Source: Candidatus Avibacteroides faecavium (GTDB lineage Bacteria > Bacteroidota > Bacteroidia > Bacteroidales > Bacteroidaceae). Taken from it: a DNA stretch of 40,736 bases. Within the stretch, counting starts at the first letter, position 1. Every line of letters starts with the position of its first letter. Under the pieces are notes generated by a model. That model was not told the DNA's origin, made no database searches, and saw nothing but the letters and a program-made list of their open reading frames with translations. Made by a program: the position numbers and the translations under genes. This document shows, piece by piece, positions 8,486-18,182 of the stretch. The DNA is taken from NCBI GenBank assembly GCA_018715385.1, contig DVLS01000146.1, forward strand, positions 1 to 40,736. The letters are read 5' to 3'.

Positions 8486-10085
8486 AAAGCAATGTATTAC
8501 GTGAGACGGATGTCCCGGATGACAATTCGACGACATAGAATCCCTTGGGCAGATTGTGCAATGACACACGATTCACACCCTTGGGATGAATGTCCATGAC
8601 CACACGGCCATTGATGTCAAACAGAACGGCACGCGTAGTGATGTCAGAAGCGAAACTGTCGGGGATGATGAGTGATTGCCCCTCGACCCTTGCCGTGTCG
8701 GCGCAGGTCGAGATGAGCCCGTCAACACCACGGTTGTCCAGATAGGCTTTGTAGAGATCGGGCACGCCATAGCCCAATTGATTGTCCGGATTACCATAAT
8801 TGCCGGCCGAGCGGCGCACAATGTCTATCATCCCGGCGGCTGACACTTCGGGCAACGCCTCCCAAAGGCAGGCGATGCCACCAGCCATGACGGGAGCGGC
8901 AAATGACGTTCCTGAGCCCGAGACCACCACCCCGTTGCGGTTGATGGAATGCACTGTGCCCGGGGCGGCAACGTCAGGTTTCACCCTGCCATCGGCCGAC
9001 GGACCGATTGAGGAGTAATGAGCCTTCTCGCTGTTGCTGTTGGCAGCCAATGCACCGACTGCCAGGACGTTCACGCCATCCGAGGGGACGGTAATCCTCT
9101 TCCAACTGTTGCTGCCCTCATTCCCCGCACTGCAAACGACGACCATGCCCCTCGTGGCGGCAATGTCCGCACATCTCGACATGGGCGATGAAGCATCGAG
9201 GTCATCATAGGTGAAACTCGGATATTCGTCATCAAAAAGATTATAGCCCAATGACACATTGATGATGTCGGCACCGATGCTGTCCGCGTATTCGGCAGCA
9301 AATGCCCAATAGTATTGCTCGGCGGGCTGCTCGCCTTTGAGATACTCCGTGCGCAGCAAGACATAATCCGCCCCAGGTGCTGCCCCCATCACACAACCCT
9401 CGACATCCGCACCCATGCAGGCGAATGTCCTCACGCCATGACTGCCGATGTCGTAGACGAGGCTGTCAGCATTGTTCACAAAATCCTTGGCACAGACAAT
9501 CCTGTCCTGCCACCCGCCTTGCAGCGAATCGACATTGCAGAAGCCGTCATCGGTCACGGCTATCATAATCCCTTGGCCAGTGAAACCATCGTCATGCAAA
9601 CTCACGATGCCATTGACCGAGAGAACTGGCCGCGACACTCCGCACGGGTCGTCTGACCTGTCCCCGCTTAAGTCCCAATCGGCGGAAGCATTGGCAAGTT
9701 CTTCCTTTTCATAACTACCGACACGCTGGATGCCGACGACGAAATCAAGTTTTTCTATCTCCCTGACAGCCTCATCTCCGCCGGCAACACCGACCATGAC
9801 GGCGTTGAGCCACTTGCTTTTCCCTACAATACGGGCAGTTTCAGCCATTCTATTAATATACATGGTATAGACGGGGACATCGAGCGAATCGACCTTTATG
9901 CCCTGCCTGCCACGTCTTGCCAGTGCCCTGTCAGAAAGAAAATCTTCCGGGTGAGCCACATCACCGGCCTTTCCACCTTTGTCACGGAGAAACACCACGT
10001 AGCGGTCTTCCACCTGAGCCTGCACCTCAACTGCAAAAACAAAGGATGCGGCAAACAGCAGCACCGCAAGCAACAACCTACTCAT
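8478..10085 (-). CDS. S8 (subtilisin-like) serine peptidase with T9SS C-terminal sorting domain
   Basis: Signal peptide MSRLLLAVLLFAASFVFAVEVQA. Catalytic Asp/His/Ser contexts are IAVTDDGF, GSHGVRTFA and SGTSFAAPVMAG. The C-terminal ~80 aa (FDINGRVV...LPKGFYVVEL) is T9SS CTD-like. Confidence 0.9.
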   Translation of the reverse strand: MSRLLLAVLLFAASFVFAVEVQAQVEDRYVVFLRDKGGKAGDVAHPEDFLSDRALARRGRQGIKVDSLDVPVYTMYINRMAETARIVGKSKWLNAVMVGVAGGDEAVREIEKLDFVVGIQRVGSYEKEELANASADWDLSGDRSDDPCGVSRPVLSVNGIVSLHDDGFTGQGIMIAVTDDGFCNVDSLQGGWQDRIVCAKDFVNNADSLVYDIGSHGVRTFACMGADVEGCVMGAAPGADYVLLRTEYLKGEQPAEQYYWAFAAEYADSIGADIINVSLGYNLFDDEYPSFTYDDLDASSPMSRCADIAATRGMVVVCSAGNEGSNSWKRITVPSDGVNVLAVGALAANSNSEKAHYSSIGPSADGRVKPDVAAPGTVHSINRNGVVVSGSGTSFAAPVMAGGIACLWEALPEVSAAGMIDIVRRSAGNYGNPDNQLGYGVPDLYKAYLDNRGVDGLISTCADTARVEGQSLIIPDSFASDITTRAVLFDINGRVVMDIHPKGVNRVSLHNLPKGFYVVELSSGTSVSRNTLLYE

Positions 10086-11185
10086 CTGAACTGTAATTTA
10101 TCGACATACTCACTGCTCAAGTACTTCCCCAGCATCCTCTGGTTCGCGATATAAGCACCACCAAGCACTGTGTCGCCTTCATAGAAAACAGCCGACTGCC
10201 CTGGAGTGACCGACTCTGCTTCTGCCAGGAATTTGACCACAATGCAACCATCATCCGCTTCAGCTATCTGGCATGGGATGGGCTGGCCGTGATAGCGAAT
10301 CATCACCGACAACCGCCTGTCGCCACGCAACAGATAGTCCAGGTCACTGCTGCAACAACGCTCGACCAGCATATACTCAGCACGCAACCCGTCCTTGTCA
10401 CCGAGCATGACAGTGTTTGACGTGCTGTTCAACTTGAGGACATACGCAGGCTTGCCCAAGGCGATGCCGAGCCCCTTGCGCTGCCCTATGGTGTAAAACG
10501 GCAAGCCTTTGTGCATACCGAGCTTCTTGCCGTCCGGGGAAACGAACCATCCCTCCTTTATGTTCTGCATATCACAATGACCCTTTAGGAAATCCCGGTA
10601 GTCGCCAGGCACGAAGCAGACCTCCATGCTCTCCTTTGACTTCGCTTTGGCATCAAAGCCACGGCTGAGCAGGTAGTCACGCACCTCATCCTTGCGGTAA
10701 TCGCCAAGGGGAAATATGCAACGCCTCAACACACCCTCATCCACACGCCAGAGGAAATAGGATTGGTCCTTCCTGCCGTCAGCACCGCGCCTCACGTGTA
10801 AATGACCGTTCACCGTGGTCAAGCGCACATAGTGTCCCGTGGCTATCATCGCGCAATCATGCCGGTCAGCACAGTCGATGAGCAGGCGGAATTTGAACAA
10901 ACGGTTGCACAACACGCAGGGATTCGGCGTGCGGGCAGCAAGGTATTCGTTGATGAAATCGGCTACCACCATCTCCTCAAACTCCTTGCGGACATCGACC
11001 ACGTGGTGCTCCATCCCAAGGCGTGCGGCAAGGGCTGCGGCTTCTTGCACGGCATCCGCCCCGTCATCCCACACCCTCATGGTCATGCCCACGGGTTCAT
11101 AGCCTTGCTCCCTGAGCATAAGGCAAGCAGCCGTGCTGTCGATGCCGCCGCTTATGCCGACAAGGACTCGCCTATTGCTTGTCAT
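10082..11185 (-). CDS. mnmA: tRNA 2-thiouridine(34) synthase
   Basis: PP-loop VGISGGIDSTAACLML with MnmA-like length and motifs. The ATG at 11185 is preferred over the TTG at 11218. The stop overlaps the next gene's start (ATGA). Confidence 0.92.
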   Translation of the reverse strand: MTSNRRVLVGISGGIDSTAACLMLREQGYEPVGMTMRVWDDGADAVQEAAALAARLGMEHHVVDVRKEFEEMVVADFINEYLAARTPNPCVLCNRLFKFRLLIDCADRHDCAMIATGHYVRLTTVNGHLHVRRGADGRKDQSYFLWRVDEGVLRRCIFPLGDYRKDEVRDYLLSRGFDAKAKSKESMEVCFVPGDYRDFLKGHCDMQNIKEGWFVSPDGKKLGMHKGLPFYTIGQRKGLGIALGKPAYVLKLNSTSNTVMLGDKDGLRAEYMLVERCCSSDLDYLLRGDRRLSVMIRYHGQPIPCQIAEADDGCIVVKFLAEAESVTPGQSAVFYEGDTVLGGAYIANQRMLGKYLSSEYVDKLQFR

Positions 11186-12623
11186 CGGCAACGCGTTTGA
11201 GCCCCTTCTCCTCGGCAAGGCGGGTCACGAAGTCCAGAGCCGCCTCACGCTCGTTGGGGATGCTCCCGTCGAGGATGGCATCTTTGACCGCACTGCGCAG
11301 TTCGCCGACCATCCGTCCTTGCGACAGGCCGAACATCAGCATGATGTCATTGCCATCGATGGGCAGTTTGAAGTTCCTTATGTGGTCTTTCTCCTCTATG
11401 TCTTTCAGCTTCTGCCTGACAAGCTCGAAGTTGGCATAGAACTTCCTCTTCCTCTCAGCGTTCCTCGACGTGATGTCCGCCTCACAGAGTGTCATCAGGT
11501 CATCTATGTCATCGCCTGCTTCAAAGAGCAACCGCCTGACGGCAGAGTCCGTCACCTTGTCCTCGGACAGGACTATCGGCCGCATATGCAGTTCGACGAG
11601 TTTCTGGACATACTTCATTTTCTCGTTCAGCGGCAGTTTCAACCGCTTGAATATCCCCGGCACCATCTTGGCACCTATGAAGTTGTGGTTGTGGAATGTC
11701 CACCCCGCCACGTTGTCCCACCGCTTGCATTGCGGTTTGGCAATGTCGTGGAGCAGGGCAGCCCAGCGCAGCCACAGGTTGTCGCTCTCCTTGGCGATGT
11801 TGTCCACCACCTGCAACGTGTGGTAGAAATTGTCCTTGTGCCCCCTCCCGTTGCGCGACTCGACACCTTGCAGGCGTTTCAGCTCAGGGAAAATCTCATC
11901 CAACAGCCCCGTCTCGTCCAACAGCACGAGACCGATGGACGGTGTGCGTGCCATCATTATCTTGTTGAATTCGTCAATGACACGCTCCATAGAGACAATC
12001 TCGATGCGCTTGGCATTGGTCTTGATGGCTTCAAACGCCTCGTCATCCATGGTGAAGTTGAGTTGCGTGGCAAACCTGACGCACCTCATCATGCGCAGCG
12101 GGTCGTCTGAGAATGTGACTTCCGACGGCGCAGGAGTGCGCAGGACGCGGTCCTCCAAGTCGGTCAACCCGTCAAACGGGTCAACCAGCACGCCGAAACG
12201 CTCTTTGTTGAGGCACACGGCCAGGGCATTGACAGTGAAGTCGCGGCGGTACTGGTCCTCCTCCAACGTGCCGTCCTCGACGATGGGTTTGCGGGAGTCG
12301 CGCTGGTAGGATTCCCTGCGTGCACCGACAAACTCCAGTTCAAGACCCTTGTACTTGATTTGCGCAGTCCCGAAGTTCTTGAAAACCGAGAGGTGAGCAC
12401 CCTTGCCGAGCCTCTTGGCGAGTGTCTCGGCCATCTTTATGCCGCTGCCCACCACCACGACATCGATGTCGCATGACGGGCGGCGCAAGAAGATGTCGCG
12501 CACATAGCCCCCGACGGCATAACACTCATAACCAAGGCTGTCGGCCGTCTCGGAAATCACGGCGAAGACGGGCTTGTCAAAAGCCTTGGCTATCTTGTCT
12601 AACATCTGGTTCATCTTGCTCAT
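11172..12623 (-). CDS. cca: CCA-adding enzyme / poly(A) polymerase-family tRNA nucleotidyltransferase with HD domain
   Basis: Nucleotidyltransferase motif AVGGYVRD...DIDVVV plus the HD region LLHDIAKP. The ORF-track start 12632 is TTG and the first ATG is at 12623. ATGs at 12614 and 12605 are also possible. Confidence 0.88.
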   Translation of the reverse strand: MSKMNQMLDKIAKAFDKPVFAVISETADSLGYECYAVGGYVRDIFLRRPSCDIDVVVVGSGIKMAETLAKRLGKGAHLSVFKNFGTAQIKYKGLELEFVGARRESYQRDSRKPIVEDGTLEEDQYRRDFTVNALAVCLNKERFGVLVDPFDGLTDLEDRVLRTPAPSEVTFSDDPLRMMRCVRFATQLNFTMDDEAFEAIKTNAKRIEIVSMERVIDEFNKIMMARTPSIGLVLLDETGLLDEIFPELKRLQGVESRNGRGHKDNFYHTLQVVDNIAKESDNLWLRWAALLHDIAKPQCKRWDNVAGWTFHNHNFIGAKMVPGIFKRLKLPLNEKMKYVQKLVELHMRPIVLSEDKVTDSAVRRLLFEAGDDIDDLMTLCEADITSRNAERKRKFYANFELVRQKLKDIEEKDHIRNFKLPIDGNDIMLMFGLSQGRMVGELRSAVKDAILDGSIPNEREAALDFVTRLAEEKGLKRVADDKQ

Positions 12624-12629
12624 AACGCG

Positions 12630-12637
12630 CAAAAATA
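12630..12637 (-). promoter_or_regulatory. Possible -7 box (TATTTTTG on minus strand) for the cca operon
   Basis: Plus-strand CAAAAATA. It lies very close to the first ATG, which would imply a very short leader or a downstream start. Confidence 0.35.
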
Positions 12638-12680
12638 CATAATAAGTGGAAATGGCGGCGACGGCAAACCATATTAATGT

Positions 12681-12688
12681 TACATTTG
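12681..12688 (+). promoter_or_regulatory. -7 promoter box (TACATTTG) for the 12712 lipoprotein gene
   Basis: Exact TAnnTTTG, 23 nt upstream of the ATG at 12712. Confidence 0.55.
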
Positions 12689-12711
12689 CGGCAACCTAAC
12701 ACACCAAGACA

Positions 12712-13560
12712 ATGAGGACGACAATCATGCTCGCGGTGCTGGCAATGCTCGCCATGGCATCGTGCAACAACCAGGACAAGCAAGCGGAAGCACTCTACCG
12801 CGAGGCGGAAACGCTGTTTGAACAAAAGGACTACAACGCGGCGAAAATCATGATTGACAGCATCAAGACGGCCTGTCCCAAGGCATTCGACACACGCAAG
12901 AAGGCAATCGGGCTGATGCAACGCGTCGAACTGGCCGAGCAGCAACGCTCCGTCGCCTACCTCGACAGCCTCGCCAGCGTGTGGCAGCAGGCATTTGACG
13001 AAATCAAGGGCAGATACCTGTACAGGAAGAACCCCGAATACCAGGACAAAGGCACATTCATCGTCCCGTCGCAGGACCTCGCCCGCAACAACAACCGCAC
13101 CATGCTCGTCGCCAGCACGGACGAGGATGGAGTGATGCGCCTCACATCAGTGCTCGTCGGCCGCCCCATCGACCACCACGTCCTCAAGGTGACGCTCAGG
13201 GCAGACGGGACATTCGCCGAGACACGGCGCAGCGACCTCTACTACACCTCCACTCATCTCGGCGTTGTCACCGAGAAAGCCGAGTTTGAAGTCGGGCGCA
13301 CCGACGGAGGCCTCGTCGATTTCATCCTCGCCAACCAAGGCAAACCCCTCACCATCGAGTGCCAAGGCTCAAGGACGGCGACACGGCAGCTCACCAAACA
13401 GGAAAAAGACGCCATAGCGTCAGTCCACCAGCTCGCCAACGTGCTCGCCAACCTGCACACCATCGCACAGCAGAGGACAGAGGCGGAAAACAAAATCAAC
13501 TTCATCAAAGCCCGCATGAGCGAATCGTCCGGCGCGGTCAAGGCACTGGACGCACGATGA
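12712..13560 (+). CDS. Hypothetical lipoprotein
   Basis: 282 aa with signal peptide plus lipobox MRTTIMLAVLAMLAMASC. I recognise no catalytic motif. Confidence 0.75.
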   Translation: MRTTIMLAVLAMLAMASCNNQDKQAEALYREAETLFEQKDYNAAKIMIDSIKTACPKAFDTRKKAIGLMQRVELAEQQRSVAYLDSLASVWQQAFDEIKGRYLYRKNPEYQDKGTFIVPSQDLARNNNRTMLVASTDEDGVMRLTSVLVGRPIDHHVLKVTLRADGTFAETRRSDLYYTSTHLGVVTEKAEFEVGRTDGGLVDFILANQGKPLTIECQGSRTATRQLTKQEKDAIASVHQLANVLANLHTIAQQRTEAENKINFIKARMSESSGAVKALDAR

Positions 13561-13651
13561 CGGCAAGCACGTCAGGACACCGCCGCCATGACAAGCGTTG
13601 TTAGTCGGACTAACAAGGCGAGCCACGACGGCATCATCCGATGGCATGGGC

Positions 13652-13761
13652 AAAAGATGCGTATGCCCCGTCTCCAGACACGCCTTGCTTGCCGGAAAAG
13701 CAATGGATGCTCCCGTCTGTGACAAAGCATATTTCACAGAAAAGCAGTGCATATCCCCAGT
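13652..13761. repeat. Degenerate family-2 (22-bp-phased) repeat array, copy C
   Basis: AAAAG-ATGCGTATGCC (13652-), AAAAG-CAATGGATGC (13696-) and AAAAG-CAGTGCATA (13740-) are spaced 44 nt apart (2 x 22). The intervening units are decayed. Confidence 0.45.
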
Positions 13762-13780
13762 CATCACGCCACAGGATACA

Positions 13781-13822
13781 CACAAAAAGAATGGAGGTAG
13801 CGGCCGTCAGCGCGCTACCTCC
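13781..13822 (-). terminator. Intrinsic terminator of manA
   Basis: GGAGGTAGCG (13793-13802) / CGCTACCTCC (13813-13822) forms a 10-bp stem. On the minus strand it is followed by ATTCTTTTTGTG. Confidence 0.75.
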
Positions 13823-13848
13823 ATCATCTCTTGGTCGGTTGTCGATGC

Positions 13849-14817
13849 TCAGACGTAGGTCTCAAGTATCTTGACACTGCCGTCAGGGACAATCGTGACA
13901 TCCTGCGTCGTCGCCGCAAGGAGGATTGTCTCACCGGCGTGGACGCTCACCTCGTTGCCCTCGTTGTCGGTTATCGTCGCCTTGCCCTCCATGCAGATGA
14001 GCACGACGAATGAGTCAAGCTCTGAGTAGTCGCAGGTTATCTGCTCGGTCAGGTCATAGACGGAGGTCGTGAAATAGGGGCAAGCCACTATCTCGACAGG
14101 CTCGTTCTTGACGGGGGTGTAGTGAGTGCGGTAGTCGTCCTGCACCTCATAGTCGATGGCATCCTTGGCCAGCTCGGTGTGGAGCTCACGCGTGTTGCCG
14201 TTGGCATCCTTGCGGTTGAAGTCGAAGATGCGGTAGGTGATGTCGGACGTCTCCTGTATCTCGGCTATGAACGCACCTGCCCCGATGCTGTGCACGCGGC
14301 CAGCTGGGAGGAAAAAGACATCGCCCGGGTGAATCTCGTACTCGCTGAGCAGGTCAGTGATGGTCGAGTTGGCGACACTGTCCTTGTATTCCCTCGGGGT
14401 CACTTGCTTGGCAAAGCCAGAACGGAGCTTCGCGCCGTCGGCAGCGTCCATGACATACCACATCTCGGTCTTGCCGAGCGAGTTGTGGCGTTTCTTTGCC
14501 AGTTCGTCATTGGGGTGCACCTGGATTGACAGGTCCTGGCGCGCGTCAATGAATTTGATGAGCAGGGGGAATGTCGTGTTGAAACGTTTGAACACGCTCT
14601 CGCCTACCAAGTCCTCGCGCTGTGCGTTGATGAGCTCACGCAGTGTCATGCCGGCAAACTCGCCGTTGGCCACGACCGACTCGTTGCCTGGCACGCCTGA
14701 GAGTTCCCAGCTTTCGCCGACATTCTTCAAATCACTGTCCAATCCCTTGAACGGGATTATCCTGTCACCGCCCCAAATAGTCTGTTTGAGGATGGGTTTG
14801 AATTTTAAGGGGTACAT
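13849..14817 (-). CDS. manA: Class I mannose-6-phosphate isomerase
   Basis: 322 aa with cupin-type PMI motifs (GESWELSG, LSIQVHPND, GDVFFLPAGRVHSIG). Confidence 0.9.
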   Translation of the reverse strand: MYPLKFKPILKQTIWGGDRIIPFKGLDSDLKNVGESWELSGVPGNESVVANGEFAGMTLRELINAQREDLVGESVFKRFNTTFPLLIKFIDARQDLSIQVHPNDELAKKRHNSLGKTEMWYVMDAADGAKLRSGFAKQVTPREYKDSVANSTITDLLSEYEIHPGDVFFLPAGRVHSIGAGAFIAEIQETSDITYRIFDFNRKDANGNTRELHTELAKDAIDYEVQDDYRTHYTPVKNEPVEIVACPYFTTSVYDLTEQITCDYSELDSFVVLICMEGKATITDNEGNEVSVHAGETILLAATTQDVTIVPDGSVKILETYV

Positions 14818-14826
14818 TTTTCTTTG

Positions 14827-15621
14827 TTATTGGTTAACTTCGTTTTTCTTGTCCTTGTCTTCCACCTCGGCTGCAAGCTCGGGGTCGATCATGATGCGTC
14901 CGCAGTATTCGCAGACGATGATTTTCTTTCTCATCCTGATGTCGAGCTGCCTCTGTGGCGGAATCTTGTTGAAGCATCCGCCGCAAGCACCACGCTGGAC
15001 ATCGACGATACCGAGACCGTTGTGCGAGTTCTTGCGGATTTTCTTGAACGCCTGGAGCAGGCGCGGCTCAATCTTCGACTCGAGTTCCTTGACTTCGTCG
15101 CGCAGTTTCTCTTCCTCCTGCTTGGTCTCTGCCACGATTTCATCCAGTTCCTTTTTCTTCACCTCAAGGTCTTTGCTCCTCTCATCGACGGCGGTCATGC
15201 TCCTTTGCAATTCCTCGGACTTTGCGGCTTCCTCGGCTGTGAATTCCTTGATTTTCTTCTCGCAAAGCTCGACTTCGAGTGTCTGGTATTCGACCTCCTT
15301 GGTCAGGAAATCAAACTCACGGCTGTTCTTGACGTTGTTTTGCTGCTCTTTGTACTTTGCTATCTGCGCATTTGACTCGGCGATTTTGCCCTTTTGCGCG
15401 TTGATGTTGTCCTTGAGCGTAGCCATGTCGGCCTTTATCTTTTCAATCCTCGTCGTCAGCCCGGCAATCTCATCTTCCAGGTCTTGCACTTCGAGTGGCA
15501 ACTCTCCGCGCAAAGTCTTGATTCTGTCGATGGCTGACAGCTTGACTTGCAACTCGTAGAGATGTTTCAACCTTTCTTCAACCGAATAATCGTTGATGTC
15601 TTTCTTTGCTTCTTTCGCCAT
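14827..15621 (-). CDS. Coiled-coil C4 zinc-ribbon protein (COG1579-like)
   Basis: 264 aa with a long E/K-rich coiled coil and C-terminal CGGCFNKIPPQ...CEYCGRIM. It lies directly downstream of the Nif3-like gene, a widely conserved pairing. Confidence 0.85.
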   Translation of the reverse strand: MAKEAKKDINDYSVEERLKHLYELQVKLSAIDRIKTLRGELPLEVQDLEDEIAGLTTRIEKIKADMATLKDNINAQKGKIAESNAQIAKYKEQQNNVKNSREFDFLTKEVEYQTLEVELCEKKIKEFTAEEAAKSEELQRSMTAVDERSKDLEVKKKELDEIVAETKQEEEKLRDEVKELESKIEPRLLQAFKKIRKNSHNGLGIVDVQRGACGGCFNKIPPQRQLDIRMRKKIIVCEYCGRIMIDPELAAEVEDKDKKNEVNQ

Positions 15622-15622
15622 T

Positions 15623-16726
15623 TTATATATATTTTTTTAAGTTTGATGCTCGTTCAGCCAACTTCACCTTGAGCGAAGGGAAGAGGCGGGACAAATAGTC
15701 GCGAAGCAGATGCTGTGTGAACTGCTCGCTCTCGTAGTGTCCCAGTTCGACAAGGATGATTTTGTCCTCGTTGCCGCAAAACTCATGGTACTTGATTTCC
15801 CCGGTAACGTACACGTCAGCCTTGGCACGCAATGCGTCGCCTATCAGGAACGCACCAGCCCCGCCACACAACGCCACCCGGCTGACCATGCGGGCGGTGT
15901 CACCGGAATAGGCAAGGGTGTGCACGCCGAATGTCTCCTTCAGCCCCCGCATGAAGTCCATTGCCGGAACTGGCGAGGACAGACAACCGACCAACCCTGA
16001 TCCTATGCCAGTGGATGAAGAGTCAATGGGATAGATGTCATAAGCAGGCATCTCATAGGGATGTTTGGACAAAAGCGTGCCAAGCACCTTTCCCTTGAGA
16101 TGTGCCGGGAAGACCATTTCAAGCCTGGTCTCGGGTTCGCGGTGCAATTCCCCTACCTTCCCGACATACGGGTCAGCACCATCCTTGGCTCGGAATGTTC
16201 CTATCCCGTCATGGGAAAAGGAGCATGAGTCATAGTTGCCTATGCGGCCACAACCGGCATCCGACAACGCCGCGCGGAGGCTGTCCGCAGCAGCCCTCGG
16301 GACGAATGTGACGAGTTTCATCAACGTGCCGTCCATCGGGCGCAACACTTCCGTATTCCTTAAACCCATCTTTTGCGCAATCATGGCATTGACACCTCTC
16401 GGGTCATTGTCAAGACAGGTGTGGGCGGAATATATGGTGATGCCATTCCTGATAGCCTTCATCAGGCAACGGCCGACGTAGGTCGTATCCGTAATCTTCT
16501 TGACTGGTGAGAATATCAATGGGTGGTGGGACACTATGAGGTTATAGCCCTCGTCTATCGCCTCGTCAATGACCGCTTCGGTCACGTCAAGACAAAACAA
16601 AGCCCCTGCGGTTTCAGTCCTTGTTAATCCAACCTGAATGCCAGAATTGTCGTAGGATTCCTGTTGGGACAAAGGAGCTAATCTCTCAAGGGCATCAAGG
16701 ATATCTCCAATTATCATACTTGCCAT
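15623..16726 (-). CDS. Nif3-like dinuclear metal centre protein (GTP cyclohydrolase I type 2 homologue)
   Basis: 367 aa with the NIF3 motifs NLIVSHHPLIF and C-terminal VELGHYESE, plus an inserted PII-like middle domain as in YqfO-type proteins. Confidence 0.88.
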   Translation of the reverse strand: MASMIIGDILDALERLAPLSQQESYDNSGIQVGLTRTETAGALFCLDVTEAVIDEAIDEGYNLIVSHHPLIFSPVKKITDTTYVGRCLMKAIRNGITIYSAHTCLDNDPRGVNAMIAQKMGLRNTEVLRPMDGTLMKLVTFVPRAAADSLRAALSDAGCGRIGNYDSCSFSHDGIGTFRAKDGADPYVGKVGELHREPETRLEMVFPAHLKGKVLGTLLSKHPYEMPAYDIYPIDSSSTGIGSGLVGCLSSPVPAMDFMRGLKETFGVHTLAYSGDTARMVSRVALCGGAGAFLIGDALRAKADVYVTGEIKYHEFCGNEDKIILVELGHYESEQFTQHLLRDYLSRLFPSLKVKLAERASNLKKYI

Positions 16727-16739
16727 ACGTATGTCGGTG

Positions 16740-16747
16740 CAAAGATA
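16740..16747 (-). promoter_or_regulatory. -7 promoter box (TATCTTTG on minus strand) for the nif3/zinc-ribbon operon
   Basis: Plus-strand CAAAGATA, 13 nt upstream of the ATG at 16726. Confidence 0.5.
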
Positions 16748-16815
16748 TATAAAAAAGGAAGTTACTTAAATGACTAACCAAAAGATTTGCTTTGCACCCG
16801 GCACGGCATAGGCAA

Positions 16816-18156
16816 TCAGACCGACGGGAGACTGTTGCCTATTATCTTGCGATAGAGGTCGAGAGCATAGACATCGGTCATACCGGATATGTAGTCGAGG
16901 ACTGCCATCACTTTGCCATAAAGCGTCGGGGAGTCAATTTCATACTGTTCGGACACACGCTTTATGAGCAGCTTAGAGTATGCTTTGTCGGGATGTGTGA
17001 CTGCCTCAATCAAAAGTTCGAGCAGAGTGTATATGACTTTGTAACCCGCCATCTCGACATCCAACACCTGCTTCGCACGGTAGATTCGTGCATACGCCAC
17101 CTTGGTACATTCCCTGTACGCCATGCAGGGACGGTCAGAGATTATATCAATGAGCGGTCTGGACAATTGCCCACTCAGAATCTTCTCCTCATTGGCAAGG
17201 AAAGCATTGGTACATTCAGCTATCAATTTACCTATGGTGGCGGAACGGAGGTAGGCAATCTTCTCATTCTCGTCATCCACAATTTTCAGGTTCTTGACGA
17301 GGCTGTCGAGCCTTTTGCCATCAAAATAAGCGAGCAACAGGTCACGGGTCTGGTCAAACGACAATATCTTCAACTTAAAGGCATCCTCTATGTCCATTAT
17401 CTGATAGCAGATGTCATCAGCCGCCTCAACCAGCCATACGAATGGATGCCGCGCATAAAGACCGGTCGCATCATCAAGCTTGACTATGCCAAGGCGAGTG
17501 GCTATCTTCTCATAATTCTCACGCTCGCTTATGAAGAAACCGAACTTTTTTTTATCAGTAATGGATGATGAAGGATAAGGATACTTCACTATCGATGCCA
17601 GGGTAGAATACGTAAGGGCAAACCCGCCAGGCCGCCTGCCTTTGAAACGGTGGGACAAGAGACGGAAAGCATTGGCATTCCCCTCAAAATTCGTCACATC
17701 AGCCCACTGCTCACCATTCAAGAATTCGCGCAACTCAAGTCCTTTGCCTTCAGAAAAGTAGGAAGCGATGGCATTCTCTCCCGAATGACCAAAAGGAGGA
17801 TTACCCATGTCATGCGCCAGACAAGCCGCAGAGACGATATGCCCTGCCTCAGACAGATAGGAATGAGTGGCAAGCTCAGGACGTTTGGCCGTCAAAGCAA
17901 GAGCCACATTGTTGCCGAGCGAGCGTCCCACACAAGAAACCTCAAGACTATGCGTCAAGCGATTGTGAACGAAAATGCTGCCAGGCAAAGGAAACACCTG
18001 CGTCTTGTTCTGCAAACGACGGAAAGGAGAAGAGAAGATGAGACGGTCATAATCACGAAGGAATTCCGAGCGGTTGTCCGCCCTCTCCTCATGGAATTCC
18101 TCAAGTCCGAAACGGACGGGTGAGACCAACCTCTCCCATGTCATAATCTGCTGCAT
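16816..18156 (-). CDS. dgt: dGTP triphosphohydrolase family HD-domain protein
   Basis: 446 aa with NRLTHSLEVSCVGRSLG and AACLAHDMGNPPFGHSGE, typical of the dGTPase family. An alternative ATG exists at 18144. Confidence 0.9.
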   Translation of the reverse strand: MQQIMTWERLVSPVRFGLEEFHEERADNRSEFLRDYDRLIFSSPFRRLQNKTQVFPLPGSIFVHNRLTHSLEVSCVGRSLGNNVALALTAKRPELATHSYLSEAGHIVSAACLAHDMGNPPFGHSGENAIASYFSEGKGLELREFLNGEQWADVTNFEGNANAFRLLSHRFKGRRPGGFALTYSTLASIVKYPYPSSSITDKKKFGFFISERENYEKIATRLGIVKLDDATGLYARHPFVWLVEAADDICYQIMDIEDAFKLKILSFDQTRDLLLAYFDGKRLDSLVKNLKIVDDENEKIAYLRSATIGKLIAECTNAFLANEEKILSGQLSRPLIDIISDRPCMAYRECTKVAYARIYRAKQVLDVEMAGYKVIYTLLELLIEAVTHPDKAYSKLLIKRVSEQYEIDSPTLYGKVMAVLDYISGMTDVYALDLYRKIIGNSLPSV

Positions 18157-18182
18157 AACATTTCAAATCTTTACAGTTACTC

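Noticed and set aside
14357-15559. 400-aa plus-strand ORF spanning manA and the zinc-ribbon gene.
   Set aside because: It is the Ser/Leu/Phe-rich antisense translation of an E/K-rich coiled coil. It crosses an intergenic gap and overlaps two well-supported minus-strand genes.
16816-18156. dGTPase (and the dCMP deaminase at 2773-3216) as nucleotide-depletion antiphage defence genes.
   Set aside because: Both sit in tightly packed housekeeping operons with no neighbouring defence, mobile or hypervariable genes. Their lengths and motifs are those of the ubiquitous housekeeping enzymes.
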